This document shows positions 28,276-38,652 of a stretch of DNA of 64,000 nt, piece by piece (the first letter of the stretch is position 1; every line of letters begins with the position of its first letter). This DNA is from an uncultured Spirochaetota bacterium. Lineage in GTDB: Bacteria; Spirochaetota; Spirochaetia; SZUA-6; Fen-1364. The stretch spans positions 416,001 to 480,000 of the forward strand of contig CAWGAA010000003.1 of NCBI GenBank assembly GCA_963820525.1. Direction: 5' to 3'. Position numbers and translations under genes: made by a program. The notes under the pieces are model-generated. The model did no database searches. It saw only the letters and a list, made by a program, of their open reading frames with translations, and had not been told where the DNA came from.

Positions 28276-29409
28276 GTGGGTTTGGCCGTCGAGATCCTTC
28301 CCGTGGAGTCCGGCAGGGGCCGGCTCGCGGACCAGTTCATCGAGCTTCCCCACGGGGTCTACCGGGGATGTGACCGCTGGATCCCCCCGTTCAGAATGGA
28401 CGTGCGCGCCCTTCTCTCCCGCAAGCATCCCTTCTTCGAGCGCTCCGCCGCGGCCTTCTTCATCGCCCGGCGTGACGGCCGGGCCGTGGGCACGATCGCG
28501 GCCATCGACAACAGACCCTTCAACGAATGGCACAAGACAAGGACGGGCCACTTCCACTTCTTCGACGTCTTCGAAGACCCCGAAGCCTCCCATGCCCTCT
28601 TCGAAGCGGCATTCTCGTGGTTTCGGACCCGAGACCTCGACTCGGTCATGGGCCCCTTCGGCTTCGGCCTCATGGGGATGGGGATCCTGGTGGATGGTTT
28701 CGAGCACCACGCCGCCATGACCATGATGGGCTACAACCACCCCTACTACCAGCGGCTTCTGGAGAGCGAGGGGATGGCCAAGTTCAAGGACCAGCTGTCG
28801 GCCTACATCGACGCCCGGAGCTTCGCGCTGCCGGATAAGATCCGGCGGGTAGCCGAGATCGCCCTTGCCCGCGGCAATTTCACTGTCCCCGATTTCACCT
28901 CCAAGAAGGAGCTGGCGCGCTACGCCCAGGACATCGGCAGGGTCTACAACGAGTCCTTTATCAGCCACGGGGACGAGTACAATCCCTTCTCCGAGGGCGA
29001 GATCGCCCGGATAACGGAGGAGCTGATCCGGGTAGCTGATCCGACCCTGATAAAGCTCCTGCTCTATAAAGGGGAGGTGGCCGGCTTCCTCTTCGGCTTC
29101 CCCGACCTGTCGGCGGCCTTACGGAGGTCCGGGGGCAGGATAACCCCCTGGGCCATCGCCGACCTGCTCCTGGAATACCGGCGCACCCGGTGGCTCATCG
29201 TGAACGGCGCGGGAATCCTGCCGCAATACCAGCGCCTGGGGGGCAATGCCCTTCTCTACTACCAGCTTGAAAAGATCGCCTCCCAGAGACAATTCCTCCA
29301 CGTTGACGCGGTCCAGATAGCGGAGACGACGGAAATGATGCTCGCGGACCTCAAGACCCTCGGAGGGAGGGTTTTCAAGGTCCACAGGATCTTCAAGCGG
29401 GCCCTCTAG
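28276..29409 (+). CDS. YghO-like GNAT-fold N-acyltransferase
   Basis: KHPFF, GP....MGILVDGF, YNHPYY, GILPQYQRLG. Confidence 0.7.
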   Translation: MGLAVEILPVESGRGRLADQFIELPHGVYRGCDRWIPPFRMDVRALLSRKHPFFERSAAAFFIARRDGRAVGTIAAIDNRPFNEWHKTRTGHFHFFDVFEDPEASHALFEAAFSWFRTRDLDSVMGPFGFGLMGMGILVDGFEHHAAMTMMGYNHPYYQRLLESEGMAKFKDQLSAYIDARSFALPDKIRRVAEIALARGNFTVPDFTSKKELARYAQDIGRVYNESFISHGDEYNPFSEGEIARITEELIRVADPTLIKLLLYKGEVAGFLFGFPDLSAALRRSGGRITPWAIADLLLEYRRTRWLIVNGAGILPQYQRLGGNALLYYQLEKIASQRQFLHVDAVQIAETTEMMLADLKTLGGRVFKVHRIFKRAL

Positions 29410-29507
29410 ACCGATCGCCCGCCCCTCCACGGGGTTGGCCGGCCCAGACGGCGAGCAAGCCCAAATGTTGACACTTTCGAACGCTTTCGGGCACAATGCC
29501 GCCAATC

Positions 29508-30416
29508 ATGAACGACAAGGTCGAGCTTGACCGCAGCCAGTTCGCCCAGACCATCCGCAGGATGATCGGAAACTCCCAGGGAGACCGCGTGGTGACGGAG
29601 AAGAACGTCTACCAGGAGGGAAACCCCTCCAACAAGCCGCTCATGCGGGAGATCGTGACAGACCTGATGCTCCCGGGAAGCCAGATCATCGGCTTCGAGA
29701 ACCTGGCCGAGCTGCATCAGCTTGCCCAGAGAAAGAAACCCTGCCTCATCCTGATGGAGCACTTCAGCAACTTCGACATCCCCTGCCTCTACGAGCTCCT
29801 GGAGAGGCGTGGCCCGGAGGGAAAGCACGTGGCCGACGCCATCGTCTCGGTGGCGGGGGTGAAGCTCAACGAGACGGGCAGCCTCGTTCTGGCCTTTACC
29901 GAGATTTTCACCCGCGTCGTCCTGTACCCCTCCCGCTCCATGGACAACATCATGGACCCCAAGGAGCGAAAGGAGGCCCTCAAGCGCCGCGCAAAGCTCA
30001 ACATGGCGGCCATGAAGGCGCTGATGAAACTGCGCAAGGACGGCAGGATCATCCTCGTGTTTCCCACCGGCACCCGCTACCGGCCGTGGGACCCCTCCAC
30101 GGGACGGGGCCTGAAAGAGATCAACTCCTACCTGAAGTTCTACTCCTACATGGTCACCATTGCCATCAATGGAAATACCCTGCTGCCCAACCCCAACGGG
30201 AACATGGAGGAGGATTTCCCCAACAAGGACGTGATGATCTACACGGTGAGCCCCGTTACCAGATGCGCCGAGTTCCGCCGGGAAGCCCTCAAGACCAGAA
30301 ATGGAGAGAAGGATCCCAAGCAGCACGTGGCGGACCAGGTGATGGCGGCGCTCGCCGCTCTGCACGAGCAGACCGAAAAGATCCGCCGTCCCCTCCTCGA
30401 TGCCCCGCAGGGCTGA
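29508..30416 (+). CDS. Glycerol-3-phosphate / 1-acyl-G3P acyltransferase
   Basis: HxxxxD (EHFSNFD), VFPTGTR. Start 29508 or 29496; TTGACA-18-CACAAT lies upstream. Confidence 0.85.
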   Translation: MNDKVELDRSQFAQTIRRMIGNSQGDRVVTEKNVYQEGNPSNKPLMREIVTDLMLPGSQIIGFENLAELHQLAQRKKPCLILMEHFSNFDIPCLYELLERRGPEGKHVADAIVSVAGVKLNETGSLVLAFTEIFTRVVLYPSRSMDNIMDPKERKEALKRRAKLNMAAMKALMKLRKDGRIILVFPTGTRYRPWDPSTGRGLKEINSYLKFYSYMVTIAINGNTLLPNPNGNMEEDFPNKDVMIYTVSPVTRCAEFRREALKTRNGEKDPKQHVADQVMAALAALHEQTEKIRRPLLDAPQG

Positions 30417-30437
30417 GGCGCCCCGGCTGAATACCCT

Positions 30438-31337
30438 CTAGTAGGGAAGCGTTTCGAGGCTGCACTCCAGAACCTGGGAAAGGGGCACGAAGCCCAGGGA
30501 CTGGAAGAACTCCGAGAAGCGGAGGGACTTGCCGGCAAGCTCCGTGGTGAGCTTGCTCATGCCCTTCTCCCGGATGTCGCTGAGGAAGCGCTTCATGATC
30601 ACCTGCCCCAGACCGATCCCACGCAGCTCCTTGATCACTGTAAGCTGAACGATGTGCACCGACTGTCCGCTCGCGACGCCCCAGGCGAACCCCGCCAGCT
30701 CTCCCGACGGAGTCTCGGCGACGAGCACGAGCGAGGCGTCGGCGTCGGGCTCCGGGATCCCCTCCCGCTTCTCCCGGAAGCGCGCATCGATGCGCGCCGA
30801 CTGCTCCTTGGGGAAGAGCTCGAAAAACGCCTCCCGATCGAGGCGGAGGATCTCCTCGCGATGCCCCCTCACGCCCCACTCCAGCGAGAAATCGCTCGTG
30901 ACCAGCTCGTCGGTCTCCTCAGGCTCCGGCGGCATCTTCTCCAGGCCCCGGGCTTCGCGGTTGAGGTTGTACCAGGAGATGATCACGGAGCGCAGCCGCT
31001 TTTCCTTGTAATTGAACCAGAGCTTTTCGATCTCGTGGTTCTTCTTGAGGGTGTTCTTGAAGTTGCGGAATACCCCCTTGCCGGTGGCAAGCGACGTTGC
31101 CAGAAGCTCCCGGTATACGGGGTTATACAGGGAAGTGACGAAACTCTCCATGAGGTGGAAGCCCTCCGCGGAGCCCCAGCGCGGAAGCGGGATGTACTGC
31201 TCCTTCGGATAATCCTCCGGGAGCGATTTCAACAGCAGAAGCTCTCCCGAGTCCGCGTCGATCACGTAGCGCTCCTCCTGATCCTCCATGGCGAATCCGA
31301 TTTTGTCGATCATCTGCGGGGTGAGCTCGAACTTCAT
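30438..31337 (-). CDS. UPF0158-like N-terminal domain fused to a GNAT acetyltransferase
   Basis: IGFAMEDQ, LPRWGSAEGFHLME.F, GKGVFRNFK; C-terminal LRGIGLG acetyl-CoA motif. Confidence 0.8.
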   Translation of the reverse strand: MKFELTPQMIDKIGFAMEDQEERYVIDADSGELLLLKSLPEDYPKEQYIPLPRWGSAEGFHLMESFVTSLYNPVYRELLATSLATGKGVFRNFKNTLKKNHEIEKLWFNYKEKRLRSVIISWYNLNREARGLEKMPPEPEETDELVTSDFSLEWGVRGHREEILRLDREAFFELFPKEQSARIDARFREKREGIPEPDADASLVLVAETPSGELAGFAWGVASGQSVHIVQLTVIKELRGIGLGQVIMKRFLSDIREKGMSKLTTELAGKSLRFSEFFQSLGFVPLSQVLECSLETLPY

Positions 31338-31402
31338 GGAAACAATTGTACGGGAGGCTCCCCGCTTGGATCAAGTCCACTCGCGCCCGGCGCCCCGTAT
31401 TG

Positions 31403-32780
<1,378 letters not shown>

Positions 32781-32805
32781 CCGGGTAGAATTACGCGAGA
32801 TCTGA

Positions 32806-32836
32806 GGGCTGCCCGGAAAGGGCGGCCCTTTTTTTG
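32806..32836 (+). terminator. Intrinsic terminator after eno
   Basis: GGGCTGCCC-GGAAA-GGGCGGCCC followed by a T run. Confidence 0.85.
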
Positions 32837-33094
32837 CGCCCACCATGGAGGTGGGCAGTCGAGTTCCCCTCTCAATAGCCGGTAATTGGCTGTCATGAGG
32901 GCCGGGATGCGACTACCGCTCGGTTACGGGGCCGGTTATTGCCGGGAATGCGCAACTTGGATCACCTCGGGTCGGGTGGCGATGGACGTGCCGAAGTCGG
33001 AATCGTGCACGTTTTCTTCGAGAAACGCACCTTGTAGGATCACTCATGCAGTCACTACCTTTAAAATATCTTCACAGGGAAGGAGGATCGATCT

Positions 33095-34426
33095 ATGCGA
33101 AGACGACTTTTCATGGCAATGGCGTTCTCAGGGGCATTCCTGCTCATCATCGCGCTCTCTACCGGCGTGGCCGCTCCGGTCACGCTCCAGTATGGATACT
33201 GGGGAGACCAGAACGAGGAGATTTCGACGACCAACCTGCTCAAGGTGTTCATGGACAAGAACCCCAACATCAAGGTCGTAGGCCTCCGCTTCGGGTCGAA
33301 CACCGAGTTCAACGACAAAATCACGACGCTCGCAGCCGCCGGCACGCTGCCCGACGTCAGCACGTTCTACGAGCCCAACGTGCTCACGTGGGGGATGAGC
33401 GGCAAGTTCGTGGACCTGACGGACTTCTACAAGAAGGGGCCCCCGAAGCTGGACGTCCTCAAGTTTGTCACTCCCGACGGCAAGATCGTCGGCATTAGTG
33501 TGGCAAATGAGATCCAGGTGATCTTCTACAACAAGAGGATCTTTGACGCGGCAAACCTGCCGTATCCTCCCGCCGAAGCGAGTAAGGCGTGGAACTGGAA
33601 CCAGTTTGTCAACGTTGCAAAGAAGCTGACCAGGGACTCGAAGGGCAAGACCCCGAATGACAAAGGCTTCGATCCGAAGAGCATCCGCACCTTCGGCGCC
33701 TGGGTCCAGCAGTGGTGGATGCCCTGGCTCACCTTTGCCGTGAGCAACGGCGGCGGAATGGTCAGTCAGGACGGGAAGAAGCTGCTCATGGACGATCCGG
33801 CGACTATCGATGCCATTCAGAAAATGGCCGACTTGATGAACGTTCACTACGTGAGCCCCGCGCCGCAGTCGCAGCAGATGCCGGGCGCTCCCGCGACAGC
33901 CCTTCTCAGCGGGCAGGTGGCAATGTGTATGGACGGAACGTGGGACCTGCTGACCATCGGGACCACGAAGGAACAGCAGGGACTTGATTTCGGAATGGGC
34001 GTTCTGCCCTACATGAAGAAGCTGGCGACAACGTCTGTGGGGACACCCGAGGTGGTCTACAAGAGTACCAAAAATCTCGATGAGGCGCTCCTGCTCCTGG
34101 GGTTCCTCATGGATCCCAACAGCTCCCTGCCTCTGCTCCAGAACGGCATCTGGCTGCCGAACGAAAAGCAGTGGTACACGAATCCGGACCTGATTCAGAA
34201 GTGGATCGGCAACCCGCGCCATCCGCCCGAGTACAAGACGGCCGTCGTGGATTTCGCACTCAACTATTCGAACCGGCTTCCGCTCTATTACGTCCCGACC
34301 TTTGCGAGGATGGATGACGTCATAGAAGCCGCGCTCGGCCAGGTGTGGCTCGGCCAGAAGACTGCAGCGGACGTGATAAAGAACGAGATCATGCCCAAGA
34401 TCACGCCGATTTTCCAGGGCAAATAA
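33095..34426 (+). CDS. Carbohydrate ABC transporter substrate-binding protein
   Basis: Signal peptide, AAGTLPDV, IFYNKRIFD, WNW, GQVAM. Confidence 0.88.
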   Translation: MRRRLFMAMAFSGAFLLIIALSTGVAAPVTLQYGYWGDQNEEISTTNLLKVFMDKNPNIKVVGLRFGSNTEFNDKITTLAAAGTLPDVSTFYEPNVLTWGMSGKFVDLTDFYKKGPPKLDVLKFVTPDGKIVGISVANEIQVIFYNKRIFDAANLPYPPAEASKAWNWNQFVNVAKKLTRDSKGKTPNDKGFDPKSIRTFGAWVQQWWMPWLTFAVSNGGGMVSQDGKKLLMDDPATIDAIQKMADLMNVHYVSPAPQSQQMPGAPATALLSGQVAMCMDGTWDLLTIGTTKEQQGLDFGMGVLPYMKKLATTSVGTPEVVYKSTKNLDEALLLLGFLMDPNSSLPLLQNGIWLPNEKQWYTNPDLIQKWIGNPRHPPEYKTAVVDFALNYSNRLPLYYVPTFARMDDVIEAALGQVWLGQKTAADVIKNEIMPKITPIFQGK

Positions 34427-34501
34427 CGGGTTTCGATCCGGCACTCACTGAGCGCCCCGCGCGATAATTGCCCGGGGCGCTCCCCTGTCGGGAGAGAGCA
34501 C

Positions 34502-35407
34502 GTGAGACAGCGAAAATTTCACGCAGAGGCCCGGGAAGCTGCGGCGGGGTTTCTCTTTGCATTGCCCGTTATTCTCGGTCTTCTCATCTGGGTGATCGCA
34601 CCAATGATCGGCGTGCTCTTCATAAGCCTCACTGACTGGACCGTCCTCAAAGCTCCCAGCTGGGTGGGAATCAGCAACTACGTCAAGCTCTTCATGTCCG
34701 ACCTCTATTTCTGGAACACACTCAAGGTCACTGTATACTATGTCATACTGAACACGGTCGGCACGACGGTGTATGCCCTGATCGTGGCCATACTCCTCAA
34801 CCAGAACATCAAGGGAAGGAGCATCTATCGAAGCATCTTCTACTTGCCAACGATTATCCCCATCGTTGCATCGAGCGCGCTCTGGATGTGGCTGTACAAT
34901 CCCGACTTCGGCCTTATCAACATGATCTTGCAGAGCGTGGGGCTCCCCCGGTCGCTCTGGCTCCTCTCCCAAACCACGGTGGTTCCTTCCATCGTGATCA
35001 TGAGCGTCTGGGGAGGCGCGGGCAACGCAATCGTAATCTTCCTGGCAGCCCTCCAGGGCGTGCCGCGGGAGCTCCTCGAGGCGGTGGAGATCGACGGCGG
35101 GAACTGGTGGCACAGGTTCCGCGCCATCACGCTGCCTATGATCTCGCCCGTCACGTTCTTCAACGTGGTCACCGGCCTGATCGCCTCCTTTACCATCTTC
35201 ACGCAGTCCTACGTGATGACCGAAGGCGGGCCGAACAATGCAAGCCTCTTCTATGTTCTCCTGCTGTACCGGGAAGGGTTCCGGCGCTTCAACATAGGCG
35301 GCGCGGCCGCCCTTTCGTGGGTGCTTATCATCATCGTGTCCTTCCTCAGCCTCCTGATCTTCCGGACCTCCCGACGGTGGATTTATTACGAAGGAGAACA
35401 GCGATGA
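34502..35407 (+). CDS. Carbohydrate ABC transporter permease
   Basis: WVGISNY, YLPTI, EAVEIDG (EAA motif). Confidence 0.9.
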   Translation: MRQRKFHAEAREAAAGFLFALPVILGLLIWVIAPMIGVLFISLTDWTVLKAPSWVGISNYVKLFMSDLYFWNTLKVTVYYVILNTVGTTVYALIVAILLNQNIKGRSIYRSIFYLPTIIPIVASSALWMWLYNPDFGLINMILQSVGLPRSLWLLSQTTVVPSIVIMSVWGGAGNAIVIFLAALQGVPRELLEAVEIDGGNWWHRFRAITLPMISPVTFFNVVTGLIASFTIFTQSYVMTEGGPNNASLFYVLLLYREGFRRFNIGGAAALSWVLIIIVSFLSLLIFRTSRRWIYYEGEQR

Positions 35408-36243
35408 GGCTGACCGCGGCACGCGCAACGGCCAAGGGTCTGGTCTATCTCGCTCTCACCGTCGGCGCCGTGTTCTGCTTCCTGCCAGTCTTCTGGCTGA
35501 TCCGAAGCTCTGTGATGACTCTGGGCGACATATTCAAGTACCCACCGATCTTTTGGCCCGCCCACATCCGCTGGCAGAACTTTGCCGACGCCATGCAGGC
35601 GAGCCCATTCCTTCTGTATTTCAGGAACACGCTCATCGTGCTCACCCCGAACGTGGTAGGATCCCTCCTCACGGCGAGCATGTCGGCTTACGGACTGGCA
35701 CGGTTCCGCTTTCCCCTGCGCAACTTCTGGTTCGCGCTCGTGCTGGGAGCGATCATTCTTCCCCCCGCGGTGGTGCTCATTCCGCAGTTCCTCATGTGGA
35801 GCAAGATCCACCTCGTGAATACGTTCTTCCCTCTCATCGTGCCGGTCTGGTTTGGAGGCGGCGCTTTCAACGTGTTCCTCCTTCGGCAGTTCTTTCTCAC
35901 GATCCCGAAGGATTTCGACGACGCCGCGCGGATGGACGGCGCCACATACTGGCGCATCTATTGGCAGATCATGATCCCCTTCATCCAGCCAGCTCTCATC
36001 GCTGTCGGGCTCTTCCAGTTCCTCTTTGCCTGGAACGATTTCTTCAACCCGCTGATCTACCTGAGCTCCAAGGAAACCTATACCCTGGCCATCGGGCTTC
36101 GGTTCTTCATCAGCGGCTATGCGACCTTCTGGAACAACCTCATGGCCGCCTCCCTCATTGTCCTTGTCCCGCCGGTGATCGTCTTCCTCATCGGACAGCG
36201 TTATTTCATTGAAGGCGTTACGCTCACCGGGATCAAGGGATAG
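35404..36243 (+). CDS. Carbohydrate ABC transporter permease
   Basis: ATGA overlap start; LRQFF..IPKDFDDAARMDG, WNDF, QRYFIEG. Confidence 0.9.
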   Translation: MRLTAARATAKGLVYLALTVGAVFCFLPVFWLIRSSVMTLGDIFKYPPIFWPAHIRWQNFADAMQASPFLLYFRNTLIVLTPNVVGSLLTASMSAYGLARFRFPLRNFWFALVLGAIILPPAVVLIPQFLMWSKIHLVNTFFPLIVPVWFGGGAFNVFLLRQFFLTIPKDFDDAARMDGATYWRIYWQIMIPFIQPALIAVGLFQFLFAWNDFFNPLIYLSSKETYTLAIGLRFFISGYATFWNNLMAASLIVLVPPVIVFLIGQRYFIEGVTLTGIKG

Positions 36244-36371
36244 GAGCGGCTCCCTCTATTTGAGCGCCAGAAACAAGGCGACGAAAAAGCTCTTGAAGAC
36301 GCAGTCGACGTTCGAGAACCCCGCTTCTTTCAGCAATCGAAGCTGGTCTGAAACGGGCGCGTCCCGGTCAT
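36214..36371. repeat. Left copy of a ~158-bp direct repeat (permease 3' end plus remnant of the methyltransferase 3' end)
   Basis: Gapless hand alignment to 48934-49091, about 16 mismatches. Confidence 0.9.
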
Positions 36372-36581
36372 GCGCAATCATACTGGTATCCGACTTGCAG
36401 CAATTTGAAGTATTGGATGTAATAGAAAGAATGGAAAACCGTCGTTTGGACTATCATTTAATTGAAATCACATGCTTTTCATGCTAGACTTGGATTAAAG
36501 CTAGCGTAGGTCCTGCTTTTTAGCGCAAGTACTTATGTATTCTCGTGCAAGTGGCGGATTCTTGCACGGCGTGAGTCGGGA

Positions 36582-38645
36582 ATGTTCGGCAGAAGAGGAG
36601 CATTCTGCCTTATCACGATCACCCTCTTTTCAGCGCTTTCGGCGCACGCGCTAGATTTCGCTCTTCGCTTCATGCCGGAAGCCTCGATGCCAATGCCCGG
36701 CGAGAGCGCCGAATTGTTTTCCGTGGGTGGGGGCGGGGTCTTGAGCGCGGACATGGAGCTGTTCGGCTTCCTCTCGCCCGCCCTGGAAATGGGATTCCTC
36801 CTGGCACCCGCTAAAAACACCGGAAAAAACTTTCTTCTGGCCAACGGCGGCATCGATCTCAGCGTTTTCTTCTACCCCATTCCGCGCCTGAAAACCAGGA
36901 TCGGGGCCGGCGGGGGAATGTACTACGGCCAATATGCAACGGCCCAAACGGCCTTCAATTACTATTGGAAAGCACGGGGCGAAATCGGCTATCGCTTCAT
37001 CCCGTCTTTTTCCCTCCTGCTGGGTGGAGAGTACACCCAATACCTGTATCGGGGCGGCACCCATTATTCCGGCATCTCCATCGGCCTCAGCGCCGATTTG
37101 AACCTCGGATTTCTCGCCTCGCGCGAATCGGGCATATCCTTGGCGACGACGCAGACGGATGCCGTATTTCCCATCCTCTACACCGCCTACGATCACGCTC
37201 CCCTGGGCTTCGCGAAGATCACAAACAGCGAGCAGGCGGAGATCCGTGACGTCTCCGTGTCTTTCCAGATCGCCAATTACACCTCTCAGCCCAAGCTCTG
37301 CGCGCGCCTTCCTCTCCTGGAAAGGGGAGGCTCCGCTGAGGTGCCCCTCTATGCGACGTTCAACGAGCGCGTGCTCGCTCTCGCGGAAAACACCAAGGTT
37401 CAGGCCGAAATCATCGTGAGCTACAGCCTGCTGGATGCGCGGATGGAATCCAAGAAGGCGCAGACCATCTCGTTCACCCATCGCAACGCCGCCACGTGGA
37501 AAGACCCGAACATTGCCGCGGCGTTCGTATCCCCCAACAACCCCGCCGTTCTGGAATACTCGAAATACATCGCGGGGTTGGTGCGGGACAGAATTCGTTC
37601 CGGAATTGACGGGAACCTCCAATATGGAATGGGCCTTTTTGAAGGCCTGCGCCTGGGCGGTGTGACATACGCCGCTGATCCCAGCACGCCGTACAAAGCG
37701 TATCGCAAAGATCCGAGCAGGATAGACTACCTCCAGTATCCCGGCCAGACCCTCTCATACAAGAGCGGAGAATGCGACGATCTTTCGATCCTCTTCGCCG
37801 CGCTTCTGGAATCGGTGGGAATCGAGTGCGCCTTCCTGCCGTTCGACGACGAGTTCTGCGTGGCCTTTGCCCTTGATGCAACGGAGGAGGAAGCCCGCGC
37901 GGCGTTTCTCGATCCGTCTTCGCTCGTGTTCCATGAAGGCAAGGCGTGGGTCCCGATCCGCATGTCGCTCATCCAGGAAGGATTCGTCGCGGCGTGGCAG
38001 GGCGGAGCCAGAATGTGGAACGACGCTCTCACCGGCGGCCTTTCCCCGCCCATGAACACGCTCGCGGCAGCATGGAAAACGTATCAGCCCGTCGGGGTCC
38101 CCGACGTGGAATCCCGGATCGCGAAACCCACGGAAGAACAAATCGCGGTTGCCTTCGAGAACGCCATTCACCGTTTCATCTCTGCTGAAATACAGCCCCA
38201 GGTGGGGAAGCTCGTTTCGCAAATGAGCCCGCCGGACGGCACGCCGAAGCAGCAGAACGCCCTGGGGATCCTCTACGCGCGCTATGGCTTGCTGAAGGAG
38301 GCGAAAGGAGCGTTCGAGAAAGCCGCGGCAGCGAATCACCTCCCCGCCCTGATCAACATGGGAAACATCTTGTTCCTGGAAGGACGCTATGAAGAGGCGA
38401 TCGGCTACTTCCAGCGCGTCCTCGCCGTGCAGCCCGCCAACACGGCCGCTCTCCTGGGCCTGGCCCGAGCCAAGTACGAGCTTGATCAATTCAGCGAATC
38501 CGATGCGTTGATCGGCAAGGTACGCGAGCTGAATCCGGAGCTGGCCGCGAAGTACTCGTACCTGGCATCACAGATCAGCGGTGCCGCCTCTCGCGCCTCC
38601 TCCGCACGGGATCGAGGCGAGATGATCTGGAGCACCGAAGAGTGA
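36582..38645 (+). CDS. Exported protein: beta-rich N-domain, transglutaminase-like domain (degenerate), TPRs
   Basis: Signal peptide; YLQYPGQTL..KSGECDDLSILFAALLESVG; C-terminal TPR helices (ALINMGNI...YEEAIGYF). Confidence 0.75.
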   Translation: MFGRRGAFCLITITLFSALSAHALDFALRFMPEASMPMPGESAELFSVGGGGVLSADMELFGFLSPALEMGFLLAPAKNTGKNFLLANGGIDLSVFFYPIPRLKTRIGAGGGMYYGQYATAQTAFNYYWKARGEIGYRFIPSFSLLLGGEYTQYLYRGGTHYSGISIGLSADLNLGFLASRESGISLATTQTDAVFPILYTAYDHAPLGFAKITNSEQAEIRDVSVSFQIANYTSQPKLCARLPLLERGGSAEVPLYATFNERVLALAENTKVQAEIIVSYSLLDARMESKKAQTISFTHRNAATWKDPNIAAAFVSPNNPAVLEYSKYIAGLVRDRIRSGIDGNLQYGMGLFEGLRLGGVTYAADPSTPYKAYRKDPSRIDYLQYPGQTLSYKSGECDDLSILFAALLESVGIECAFLPFDDEFCVAFALDATEEEARAAFLDPSSLVFHEGKAWVPIRMSLIQEGFVAAWQGGARMWNDALTGGLSPPMNTLAAAWKTYQPVGVPDVESRIAKPTEEQIAVAFENAIHRFISAEIQPQVGKLVSQMSPPDGTPKQQNALGILYARYGLLKEAKGAFEKAAAANHLPALINMGNILFLEGRYEEAIGYFQRVLAVQPANTAALLGLARAKYELDQFSESDALIGKVRELNPELAAKYSYLASQISGAASRASSARDRGEMIWSTEE

Positions 38646-38652
38646 AGCTGAA

